Positions 27,346 through 36,567 of a stretch of 64,000 bases of DNA are shown here, piece by piece. The notes below the pieces were generated by a model. That model was not told where the DNA came from, made no database searches, and saw only the letters and a list, made by a program, of their open reading frames with translations. Each line of letters opens with the position of its first letter. The stretch's first letter is position 1. The translations under genes and the position numbers were made by a program. The DNA is from a virus (Duplodnaviria; Heunggongvirae; Uroviricota; Caudoviricetes), in the IMG/VR virus record IMGVR_UViG_3300050145_000014; one strand, given 5' to 3'.

Positions 27346-28386
27346 ATGACAGAACGTAAACTAGCTACTATTCAAACCATTGACGAAATCTCTCCCATTG
27401 AAGGTGCAGCTTCAATTGAAGCTGCCCGAGTCGGTGGCTGGTGGGTTGTTGTTAAGAAGGGTGAATACAAGGCTGGCGGCCTTTGTGTTTACCTAGAAAT
27501 CGATTCTTTCGTGTCAAATGATCTCGCACCTTTCCTGACGAAGGCAGGCCATGAGCCTAAGGAATTCCGAGGTATCAAGGGTGAACGTCTGAAGACTATC
27601 CGCCTGCGTGGCCAAATCTCTCAAGGGCTTATCCTACCTATTTCTGTGCTTGACTACCTTGTTGAATCTGAGTATCTAGTTGGGCTAGATGTTACAGTCC
27701 CCCTAGGTATCATTAAGTGGGAACAGAAAGAACCTGCACAACTAGCAGGGAATGCTCGTGGTAACTTCCCTGCATTTATTCCAAAGACTGATCAAGAGCG
27801 TGTCCAGAACCTTCCTCGTCATCTAGAGAAGTGCAAGAATGCTGGTGATGAATGGGAAGTCACTGAGAAGCTTGATGGATCTTCTATGACTGTTTACGTT
27901 TCTGTGAGCAGTGAGAATATTTATCATGGTGTTTGCTCTCGTAACCTTGACTTGAAGGAAGATCTAAATAATTCTTTCTGGATGGCCGCCCGCCGCGAGA
28001 GCCTCCATGAAAAGCTAGAATACCAGATGCAATTTATCGGGCAAGTTGCAATTCAAGGTGAGCTAATTGGTCCGGGTATTCAAGGTAATCCCTATCACCT
28101 TGACAAGTTAGAATTCTACCTGTACGATGTATACCTGATTGAAAAGAAGCGTTATATGCTCCCTGAAGAGCGTAGCGTTTTTGCTGCATCTTTAGGTATT
28201 AAAGAATGCCCGTTCATTAGCGTAGCCTCTACACCAACAATTCAAGAAGCTTTGAATTCTGCTGAAGGGGCATCAATGATTAACCCTAAGACTCAACGAG
28301 AAGGGCTAGTCTTTAAGTCCATGACTCGTGACAATGACTCTTTCAAGGCTATTTCAAATGCTTGGTTAATTAAGACAGGAAAGTAA
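27346..28386 (+). CDS. ATP-dependent RNA ligase-like nucleotidyltransferase
   Basis: Motif I TEKLDGSS (KxDG) with a downstream EGLVFK motif IV-like and a Lys-rich C-terminal region; about 346 aa, typical of the phage/DRB0094-type RNA ligases. Confidence 0.6.
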   Translation: MTERKLATIQTIDEISPIEGAASIEAARVGGWWVVVKKGEYKAGGLCVYLEIDSFVSNDLAPFLTKAGHEPKEFRGIKGERLKTIRLRGQISQGLILPISVLDYLVESEYLVGLDVTVPLGIIKWEQKEPAQLAGNARGNFPAFIPKTDQERVQNLPRHLEKCKNAGDEWEVTEKLDGSSMTVYVSVSSENIYHGVCSRNLDLKEDLNNSFWMAARRESLHEKLEYQMQFIGQVAIQGELIGPGIQGNPYHLDKLEFYLYDVYLIEKKRYMLPEERSVFAASLGIKECPFISVASTPTIQEALNSAEGASMINPKTQREGLVFKSMTRDNDSFKAISNAWLIKTGK

Positions 28387-28757
28387 TGCTTAAAACAACT
28401 ACACAGTTAGTCCCTTTTGGAGACGACAGTAAATCGCAAAACATCTGTGGACACTATCTTGCAAATATGGGGTGGGTGGACAGACGTATCCCAGTTAAAT
28501 ATGAGTACATCATCGGGTACTACGAAGTTCCTAGCGAGTTTAACAACTATAAACAAACTGAGAAGTTTCTAATTATCCCTTCCTGGGATAGGTCAAAATC
28601 TAACTTTGACTTACTACAGGAAATCTTTAAGAAAGATAACCTCTGGCACCTTTATGGTACTTTTCGAGATAAAGACAAGTATGTATGTGAGGCTATGCGA
28701 GATCGCGCTATCAAGGATGGTCTATATAGGAGTGAAGATGCAGAACCTAACAGTTAA
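28386..28757 (+). CDS. hypothetical protein (123 aa)
   Basis: ORF, ATGA-coupled to the ligase. Confidence 0.4.
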   Translation: MLKTTTQLVPFGDDSKSQNICGHYLANMGWVDRRIPVKYEYIIGYYEVPSEFNNYKQTEKFLIIPSWDRSKSNFDLLQEIFKKDNLWHLYGTFRDKDKYVCEAMRDRAIKDGLYRSEDAEPNS

Positions 28758-28941
28758 AGAAGCTATTGAGATTCTTTCGAAATTTCCTCAAGATGCTTAT
28801 ATTCGGCATGTGACTGATATTAAATTAGAGAACCGATATGAGGCAATCCTTAATTGCCATAATATCGAAGATGAAGCGTATAATCGCGGATATAATCATG
28901 GGAAAGAGAGATATAATGCAAAACAAAATAAGCTTGACTGA
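28738..28941 (+). CDS. hypothetical small protein (MQNLTVKEAIEIL...)
   Basis: Internal ATG with the RBS AGGAGTGAAG; the longer listed ORF 28606..28941 overlaps the previous gene out of frame. Confidence 0.4.
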   Translation: MQNLTVKEAIEILSKFPQDAYIRHVTDIKLENRYEAILNCHNIEDEAYNRGYNHGKERYNAKQNKLD

Positions 28942-29305
28942 AGCTATTTTCAGTACAGGGTGTCCTTACAATAATATGTACCAAGGGCATGACAAACGAG
29001 TACTATTCGTTTGTAGTGCAGGGATTCTTCGTTCAGCAACAGGGGCAAGACTGTACTCTAAGAAGTACAACACTCGTGCCTGTGGTACGCACAATTATGC
29101 TCTCATTCCTTTGAGTGCAAACCTGATCCTGTGGGCAGATGAAATTGTCTTTGTCAATATGGAGAATCATGCGGAGGCTTGCACAAAGTTCAATATGGAT
29201 GAATATGACGGTAGAGTCAAGATCCTAAGTATTCCTGATGACTACTGTCATATGCAACCAGAACTGATTCAGTATTTTATTAAACAATATGAACCTTTAG
29301 AATAA
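28916..29305 (+). CDS. low-molecular-weight phosphotyrosine phosphatase / ArsC-like protein
   Basis: P-loop VLFVCSAGILRS (C-X5-R) near the N-terminus and DP..DD near the C-terminus. Confidence 0.6.
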   Translation: MQNKISLTEAIFSTGCPYNNMYQGHDKRVLFVCSAGILRSATGARLYSKKYNTRACGTHNYALIPLSANLILWADEIVFVNMENHAEACTKFNMDEYDGRVKILSIPDDYCHMQPELIQYFIKQYEPLE

Positions 29306-29312
29306 GGACTTT

Positions 29313-30983
29313 ATGGGCTATTGGAGAAAAGTAAAAGAAATACAAACAACATCACCGGCAGTAACCTCTACAGAAACAGTAGATCAGGTTTTGAAATATC
29401 CTTTTAAGGATGTCCCTGAGCGCAATATCTCAAAAACTACATGTGAACGATTCGGTATTCGTGCAGGAGTATCTGAAAAGGATGGGAAGACGATTGATGC
29501 TTACTATTTCCCCTTCTATAACAAGAAAGGTCAAGTCGTTGGCTTTAAGAAACAAAATATTAGAATTCCGAAAGAGGATCAATTACACTGGTCAGCTATT
29601 GGGAGTGTAAGTATTGGGTGTAAGCTCTTCGGTCAGGAAGTTGCTGAGAATCTGAAGCGTAAGAAGACTAAACTGATTATCACAGAAGGTGAGTGGGATA
29701 CTGTATCAGTTTTCCAGTCCTGTGTAGATCATGTCAAGGGGACTAAGTACGAGGGCTTAGAACCTATGGTCGTGAGTGTTACCCTTGGGACAGTTAATGC
29801 TGTAGAATCCATTCTACACAATGAGGCCTTTGTTAAGGACTATGATTCGTTAGTGCTGTTCTTTGACGATGATCACTGTACACCAGCGGAGACTCAAAAA
29901 GGCGTCATGAAGGGCCATGAAGCACGGGAAGCTGTGGCTAATGCCCTGGTGGGCTCAGGCATGAGTTTATTCACAATTACTCCAGCAGCAGGTTTTAAGG
30001 ATGCCTCTGATTACATGCAAGCTGGCCGGAATAAAGATCTAGCTGAACTTGTTCAATTCAGTCAACGTGCTTATTCTGCAGAGAAGATTGTAAAAGCTTC
30101 AGATATTTCCCTGGAAGAAATTCTTGCCCCAAGACCTGAAGGTGTTTATGTCACCGCCTTCCCTAAGCTTATGGAAAAGATTCACGGTTTCCGAACTCGT
30201 GAACTCGTCCTATTAACTGCACCATCTGGTGTAGGTAAGTCTACAGTCTCAAGTTTCTTTGCAAATGCTTTCATTGACAAAGGTGAGCGGGTTGGTCAGA
30301 TCTATCTAGAAGAGACAAACAAGGAAACTTTACAACGGTCTATTGCTTCAAAGCTAAAGGTTAACTACCTGAAGTTTAAGAATAACCCTACATCGGTAGC
30401 CACATACCAGCAGATTAGAGAAGCCTACGAAGAAGTTTGTAAAGATGATAAAGTAATCATGCTAGGTCACTTCGGATCACTACCTATTAGCGAACTGATG
30501 GCAAAGATTAAGCACATGCACTTGATTGAAGGGTGTAAGTATATTATCCTTGACCATCTTTCTGTGGTAATCAGTGGGTCAGCTATCGAGAATGAACGTA
30601 AAGAGCTAGATATGGTTATGACAGAATTAGCAGCCTTCTGCGCTGCCAATGAAGTCTGCATTATCGCTATCTCTCACATCAATAGAACTGCAGCAAATGA
30701 CTTCAAGGCCCCAAAAGACAAAAATGGTCAAGAGTCTGATAAACCATTCTGGGTAAAAATCACCAAAGAGATGATGAGAGGCTCTGCAGCTTTGGAACAA
30801 CTATCCTTCATCATTATCGGATTAGAGCCAGAGATTAAAGCTGATCGAAGTCGTGGAAGGGTTAGACTCACTGTTCTTAAAAATAGGCCATATGGATATC
30901 TAGGTGTAGCCGACACATTCTCTATTGATGAGGATGATTGGTCTGTGCTCTTATATAGTGATGAGGTAGCTGTAGACTTCTAA
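29313..30983 (+). CDS. bifunctional DNA primase/helicase (T7 gp4-like: Toprim plus DnaB-family helicase)
   Basis: Toprim ITEGEWD, Walker A LLTAPSGVGKST, Walker B IILDHLSVV. Confidence 0.85.
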   Translation: MGYWRKVKEIQTTSPAVTSTETVDQVLKYPFKDVPERNISKTTCERFGIRAGVSEKDGKTIDAYYFPFYNKKGQVVGFKKQNIRIPKEDQLHWSAIGSVSIGCKLFGQEVAENLKRKKTKLIITEGEWDTVSVFQSCVDHVKGTKYEGLEPMVVSVTLGTVNAVESILHNEAFVKDYDSLVLFFDDDHCTPAETQKGVMKGHEAREAVANALVGSGMSLFTITPAAGFKDASDYMQAGRNKDLAELVQFSQRAYSAEKIVKASDISLEEILAPRPEGVYVTAFPKLMEKIHGFRTRELVLLTAPSGVGKSTVSSFFANAFIDKGERVGQIYLEETNKETLQRSIASKLKVNYLKFKNNPTSVATYQQIREAYEEVCKDDKVIMLGHFGSLPISELMAKIKHMHLIEGCKYIILDHLSVVISGSAIENERKELDMVMTELAAFCAANEVCIIAISHINRTAANDFKAPKDKNGQESDKPFWVKITKEMMRGSAALEQLSFIIIGLEPEIKADRSRGRVRLTVLKNRPYGYLGVADTFSIDEDDWSVLLYSDEVAVDF

Positions 30984-31050
30984 CAACAGGGAGCCCTTGC
31001 GGGCTCCCTTCTTTCATGGTAGGATCAGAAATTATCTTGTGAGGAGGATT

Positions 31051-32677
31051 ATGGACCCGTTTGGTTTTGTATTTGACATTGAAGCAGATGCACTGTACCC
31101 TGCTGTCAGTAAAATTTGGTATCTAAGGGTAACAGACCTTCAGGATGACTCCAAATTCTTAAAATTGTACCTAGAAGAGTCTTTCATCATTGAACCTGAT
31201 TCTTCCTCTTTCTTCGGTGAAGAAGGTCTCTTGAAGTTTCAAGAGTTTGTTGAAGCTTACCCTGAAGGTTTCTTTGTTGTTGGTCATAATATCTTGCAGT
31301 ATGATGTATGGGTGTTGTGGAAACTCTGGGGCCTGCAACCATTCATTGGTAAAGGCTCCTCAGACTGGTTTATGAACCGTAAGTGCCAGTTCATTGATAC
31401 ACGTTACCTGTCGATGTTCCTAAACCCGGACTTGCCAGGACACTCCCTAGAGGATTGGGGGCAACGAGTCGGTGAACCTAAGATGGATTACCGAGGGAAG
31501 TTAGTTGAGATTGGCGTCATGACAGGCGCCGAACCAGATGGTTTTGAATTCTCTTTCTGGAATCATTGGATGCAGAAATATTGCGATCAGGACGTAAAGA
31601 CTAATAAGAAAATCTTCCGTAGGATGTGGGAGAAGTTTGTAGAGCTTTACCCTGAAGGTATTCCTGAATCATATAAAGTCTCTCAGAAGGGTTTCTTCCT
31701 TATGGGGGCCCAAGAATTCACAGGGTACTCATTCAATAAGGAATACGCTCTAGAGCTTGAGATTGAAATCACTGAAATGATCGAGGAGATTGCTAAGGAG
31801 ATTGAGCCTAAACTTCCTCCAAGACCTTTGAAGAAAGGTGAAGAGAAAGATTATACAATGCCCGCCAAACCTTTCAAGAAAGATGGTAGCTTGTCGAGCC
31901 ACATGCTTAACTTTATTGAGAAGCATAATGCAGAGTTCTTAGGTGAAGGCAAGATCAGAGTATTTGAACGAATTGAAGAGATTGAGTCTAAGAAGCTGCT
32001 TGATATGAAGGTTCCTATGGAATTGAAAGATCAATCTGCTTTGAAGGACTACTTTCTAGAACTTGGTTGGGAGCCTGTTTACTATAATTACCAGAAAGAC
32101 GACAAGAATAAATTTGTCCGTGATGACCGTGGCAAGCTAATCGAGACAACACCTAAACTTCAGGAAGCTGGTAAACTAGACCCTGGGCTTGAAGATCTTG
32201 TTGGGGACATCCCTAAGAAGGTTGTTAAGTATCTTTCTCTGCGTAATCGTCTAGGTGTTCTGCAAGGGTGGATCAATCACCCCCGTATTGCGTTAGATGG
32301 GAGACTCCCAGCAAGAGCCTCAAAGATTACAAACACCCACAGACAGGCTCATAGCACAGTCTGTAACGTCCCTAAAGCAGAAGAGCAGGTCCTATTTGGT
32401 AAACAGTTTAGAAGCTTGTTTAGAGCCGAGGAAGGGTTCCTGTTGGCTGCAGCAGATGCCGTGGCAGGGGAAAACTTCACTGAGGCGCATTACACGCTCC
32501 CTTACCCTGGTGGTGAAGAGTATGTGAATGACTTGCTTTCAGGTGATCCTCACATCAAGAACGCATGTATCTTTTATCCCGATAAAATGCGTGGAATTGA
32601 TATTACTGTCCCTGGTGTAAAGGATGACCCAAAGGTTAAGCCTTGGCGGAGTAAGTCGAAGAATGGTAAGTATGCGT
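31051..32677 (+). CDS. family-A DNA polymerase, exon 1 (3'-5' exonuclease and polymerase N-terminal region up to motif B)
   Basis: Exo I motif FDIEADA with the RBS GAGGAGGA upstream; ...LSGDPHIKNA ... RSKSKNGKYAL aligns to Pol I [11 protein letters not shown] (O-helix) up to the splice point. Confidence 0.8.
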
Positions 32678-32934
32678 TAATCTAGGCGCATGTAAAACAG
32701 ATTGAATTCAGGGAACACCCTAACGTAAAGTCGAGGGCAATCCTGAGCTAAGTTAAATAAGAGATGATCTTATTTAGAAAGTGCAACGACTATCCCTTTA
32801 CGGGAGTAGAGCTAAGTAGCTCGAAGCGGTCTGCTAGGCCTAAGAAGCCTAGGTGATATAGTCTGCTCTTGTAGGAAACTACAAGCTGTGTTAACTCACG
32901 GGAGAGGTGTTACGAGCCTCTTTGAACATAAAGG
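32678..32934 (+). mobile_element. group I intron (257 nt, no ORF) interrupting the DNA polymerase gene
   Basis: P1: exon ATGCGU pairs with the intron IGS GCGCAU, giving a U.G at the splice site; P7 R/S elements GTGCAACGACTATCCC (32781-96) and GGTGATATAGTCTG (32851-64); a terminal G at 32934; splicing restores ...KYALTFGCSAGKLAKTL (motif B) in frame. Confidence 0.75.
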
Positions 32935-33452
32935 TAACCTTCGGGTGTTCTGCAGGTAAATTAGCTAAGACTTTAGGTGTCCCAGAAGCACAGAGTAAAA
33001 TGCTCTACGCCAATTTCTGGGATGGTAATCCAGCCTTGAAGGCTTTGAAAGAAGCTGTAGAGAAATACTGGAGTACAAAAGGTAATAAGAAGTATCTCCC
33101 TGGGCTTGACGGTAGAATGCTTTGCACTCGGAGTCAGCACAGTCTTTTAAACGTACTATTTCAATCTGCTCTAGCTATTATTATGGATTATGCACTTGCT
33201 ATCATGGACAAGAAACTAGGTATTCTTTATCTTGATGATAAAGGGAGGCCTTATTATCTGTATAAGGGGTATATTGTGAGACGGGTTGCATATGTCCATG
33301 ATGAGGCAGCTTATGAGTCTGAAGATCCTATAGCAGAAGAGGTTTCACAAATGCTTGCGACATCTATTACTGAAGCGTCAAAGTACCTGAAACTACGAGT
33401 GTTGTTAAAAGGGGAGGGTAAAGTTGGTAAAAACTGGAAAGAAACTCATTGA
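32935..33452 (+). CDS. family-A DNA polymerase, exon 2 (motif B tail, motif C YVHDE, C-terminal KNWKETH)
   Basis: VAYVHDEAAYE and the terminal G.NW.E.H are hallmarks of the Pol I family. Confidence 0.8.
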
Positions 33453-33972
33453 TTCATTCCCCTGGGCGGGTATCTTAAAGTATGATGAGTCATCCTGTAC
33501 AGGGTTGAGGTGGGTATCCGGGAGGCGCTCCGGGAAAGAGGCTGGAGGTCTTGATAGGGATATTCGGAGAGGTAAATACTCAAGATATCGTATAGTTAAA
33601 TTCGGTCAACACTTTCTCGCTCATCGTATTATATGGTATCTCATCTATGGATCAATTGACTCACTAAAAGACATCGACCATATTGATGGGAATGCCTGTA
33701 ACAATAAAATCGAGAACCTCAGACTTATTGATAAAGATCTTAATAGAAGAAATAGTGCTAAAAGATCCGATAATAAGTCAGGTAAAACAGGGGTGCGGCA
33801 AATGAAAGATGGCTCTTGGGAAGCCTCTATAAAGTGTAACCATGAAAAGTATAGGGCTAGTTTCTCAGGTAAGGGGTCTTTTGAATCAGCTTGTTTGTGG
33901 AGAGACTCAATGCTAAAGAAACTAAATTCGGAGTTTTCTGCAGGATTCACTGACCGGCATGGTGTTGCATAA
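33424..33972 (+). CDS. free-standing HNH homing endonuclease with an AP2-like DNA-binding domain
   Basis: IDHIDGNACNNKIENLRL HNH motif; the second half (WEASIKCNHEKYRASFSG) resembles an AP2 domain. Confidence 0.75.
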   Translation: MVKTGKKLIDSFPWAGILKYDESSCTGLRWVSGRRSGKEAGGLDRDIRRGKYSRYRIVKFGQHFLAHRIIWYLIYGSIDSLKDIDHIDGNACNNKIENLRLIDKDLNRRNSAKRSDNKSGKTGVRQMKDGSWEASIKCNHEKYRASFSGKGSFESACLWRDSMLKKLNSEFSAGFTDRHGVA

Positions 33973-34034
33973 AAACAACTTGACAAGATGGCTTAGGCCC
34001 TCTATCATCTGCTTAACTTATTTGAAAGGAATCC

Positions 34035-34841
34035 ATGATTAAGCTCTTTTATAAAGAACAAGAAGTCCCTGTGACTCTTTGGAAATTTCCCGGTGGTGAG
34101 ATTGGAGTAAAAATTTCTGAGATTTTCCCAGCTTCTCTCTACAATGGATACACAGTTGAAGTTCACTACCAAAATAGTGACGATATTTTCTATATGTTGA
34201 ATCTTGTAGATGCTTTGAAACGTGCTGGTGTGTCAAACAAACATATCATTGTGAAGATCCCCTATCTTCCATATGCTCGTCAAGATCGTGTATGCTCTCA
34301 AGGTGAAAGCTTTGCACTTGAAGTTTTCATGCAGGTATTGAAGACGATGGACGTAGAGATCTACTGCCTTGATCTCCATAGTGAAGTTGTGACAGATAAA
34401 TACCCCTGGGTCTACTCAACATCGCAACATTCTACCGCCTGGGATCTTTATGATTGCAACTTTGATGTCTATATCTCTCCTGATGCTGGGGCAAAAGAGA
34501 AAACCCACCAACACCGTGCTATTACCAGAGGCAAGGCTTCTGTTGTTTCTTTGCAAAAAGAACGTGTAGGCCCTGCAGTTGTGTACAAGCATGAAGAACA
34601 TGATACAATCAAGGGTCGTTGCATCGTTGTAGATGATATTTGCGATGGTGGTGCAACCTTTGTGTCTCTAGCTGAAATGCTGAAGCGTACTCAGCCAAAC
34701 ATCACAGAACTTTCGTTGTATGTAACCCACGGTATCTTTTCCAAGGGGATTGACAAGCTCAAGGAGTTGTATGACAATATCTACACTGCAAACTTGATGA
34801 ATGCTTCTGTAGCAGATCAAGTTACTGTTCTAACTCGTTGA
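34035..34841 (+). CDS. prs: ribose-phosphate pyrophosphokinase (PRPP synthetase) homolog; could be an Adps-type enzyme
   Basis: IPYLPYARQDR and the PRPP-binding VVDDICDGGAT motifs; 268 aa, shorter than cellular Prs. Confidence 0.75.
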   Translation: MIKLFYKEQEVPVTLWKFPGGEIGVKISEIFPASLYNGYTVEVHYQNSDDIFYMLNLVDALKRAGVSNKHIIVKIPYLPYARQDRVCSQGESFALEVFMQVLKTMDVEIYCLDLHSEVVTDKYPWVYSTSQHSTAWDLYDCNFDVYISPDAGAKEKTHQHRAITRGKASVVSLQKERVGPAVVYKHEEHDTIKGRCIVVDDICDGGATFVSLAEMLKRTQPNITELSLYVTHGIFSKGIDKLKELYDNIYTANLMNASVADQVTVLTR

Positions 34842-34851
34842 AAGGAAATCA

Positions 34852-36558
34852 ATGTCTATTGCACTAAATCCAGCCCTGGCGTGTGACTTCTATAAGGTTG
34901 GTCACAAGTTCCAGTACCCAGAAGGTACGGAAATGATCTATAGTAATTTCACCCCGCGTTCAGCAAAGCTTTTCAAGAGCGAGAGTTTCAAAGGTGAAGT
35001 AACCAACTTTGGCCTGCAAGGTTTTGCTCGATGGTTCTTGATTGATCACTGGAATAACTACTTCTTCAACCTACCTAAGCAAATTGTTGTAGCCGAGTAT
35101 TCTCGTGTCGTGAACACTGCCCTGGGTATGGAAGTCCCTACTGATCACATTGAAGCCCTGCATGATCTAGGCTATCTCCCTGTTCAAATCAAGGCTCTCC
35201 CTGAAGGTGCTGGTGTCCCTATTAAGGTTCCTGTGTTCACTATTAAGAACACTGACAAACGTTTCTTCTGGCTAGTGAACTACATCGAAACTGTTCTGTC
35301 TTCAGATAACTGGAAGTCTATTACCAATGCAACTATTGCATTTGAATATCGTGTTCTCCTAGAGAAGTGGGCAGAAGTTACTGGTTCTCCAAAGGAATTT
35401 GTCCTGTGGCAGGGACACGATTTCTCTGCGCGTGGTATGTCTGGTATTTTTGATGCCACTGCCTCAGGTGCAGCGCACTTGACTAGCTTCCTGGGAACTG
35501 ATACAATCCCTTCGATTAACTACCTTGAAGCTTACTACGAGGGTCAGCAGACTTTTGTGGGTGGTTCAGTTCCTGCCAGTGAACACTCGGTCATTTGCGC
35601 TGGCGGTCAAGAATCTGAGATTGAAACCTTCCGTCGAATTCTGAAGACTTACCCTACTGGTGTTGTCAGTATCGTTTCTGACACATGGGATTTCTGGAAT
35701 GTTATCACCAATATGGCAACTGAACTCAAGTCTGAGATCATGTCTCGTCAACCTAATGCAATTGGTTTGGCAAAGACTGTCTTCCGTCCTGACTCTGGCG
35801 ATCCTGTGGAAATTCTGTGTGGTATTGAGATTCAGGAAGTTGAGAGTATCGAAGACGCAGAAGAAATCCTAAAAGACTCTGATGAGTGGGAAGATGGTGA
35901 AGACTATGGTCCTCAGGAGTTGTCAGGTGTTTTCCGAATTGATGGTCAAGTTATTGAAGTGACTGTAGCCCCTTGGTGGAATCGTCACGACAAGCGTTTC
36001 TATTACATTGATGGTTGGCAAGAAACTAAGTCTAAGGAAGTTACTCTGACTCCTGAACAAAAGGGCGCTGTAGAATGCCTGTGGGATATCTTCGGCGGTA
36101 CAGTGACTGACAAGGGCTTCAAGGTTCTAGATAGTCATGTTGGACTAATCTATGGCGACTCTATTACCCTAGAACGTGCTGATCAAATCATGTCACGTCT
36201 TGCAGCCAAGGGCTTTGCCTCTTGTAATGTTGTGTTTGGTATCGGTTCATATACTTATCAGTACAACACCCGTGATACTTTCGGTATGGCTATGAAAGCG
36301 ACTTATGCCATCGTGAATGCCGAAGGTCGTGAACTATTCAAAGACCCTAAGACCGATTCTGGTACTAAGAAGTCTGCTAAAGGTTTGCTACGAATTGAAC
36401 TGGAAGAGGGTAAGTACGTTCTGTATGACCAACAAACTCCAGAGCAAGAGGCTCAAGGTGAACTGAAGACTGTCTTCTGTGATGGTAAGATGTTTAACCA
36501 GCAGAGTATTATGGGTATCCGTGACCTTATCAATGATCGGATTGCTAAACAAGTCTAA
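34852..36558 (+). CDS. nadV: nicotinamide phosphoribosyltransferase (NAMPT/NadV) homolog with an approximately 90-aa insertion; could be a Namat-type enzyme
   Basis: N-terminal CDFYKVGHKFQYP and C-terminal FGIGSYTYQYNTRDTFGMAMKATY match the NAMPT family; 568 aa against about 480 typical. Confidence 0.75.
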   Translation: MSIALNPALACDFYKVGHKFQYPEGTEMIYSNFTPRSAKLFKSESFKGEVTNFGLQGFARWFLIDHWNNYFFNLPKQIVVAEYSRVVNTALGMEVPTDHIEALHDLGYLPVQIKALPEGAGVPIKVPVFTIKNTDKRFFWLVNYIETVLSSDNWKSITNATIAFEYRVLLEKWAEVTGSPKEFVLWQGHDFSARGMSGIFDATASGAAHLTSFLGTDTIPSINYLEAYYEGQQTFVGGSVPASEHSVICAGGQESEIETFRRILKTYPTGVVSIVSDTWDFWNVITNMATELKSEIMSRQPNAIGLAKTVFRPDSGDPVEILCGIEIQEVESIEDAEEILKDSDEWEDGEDYGPQELSGVFRIDGQVIEVTVAPWWNRHDKRFYYIDGWQETKSKEVTLTPEQKGAVECLWDIFGGTVTDKGFKVLDSHVGLIYGDSITLERADQIMSRLAAKGFASCNVVFGIGSYTYQYNTRDTFGMAMKATYAIVNAEGRELFKDPKTDSGTKKSAKGLLRIELEEGKYVLYDQQTPEQEAQGELKTVFCDGKMFNQQSIMGIRDLINDRIAKQV

Positions 36559-36567
36559 GGAGAAAAG

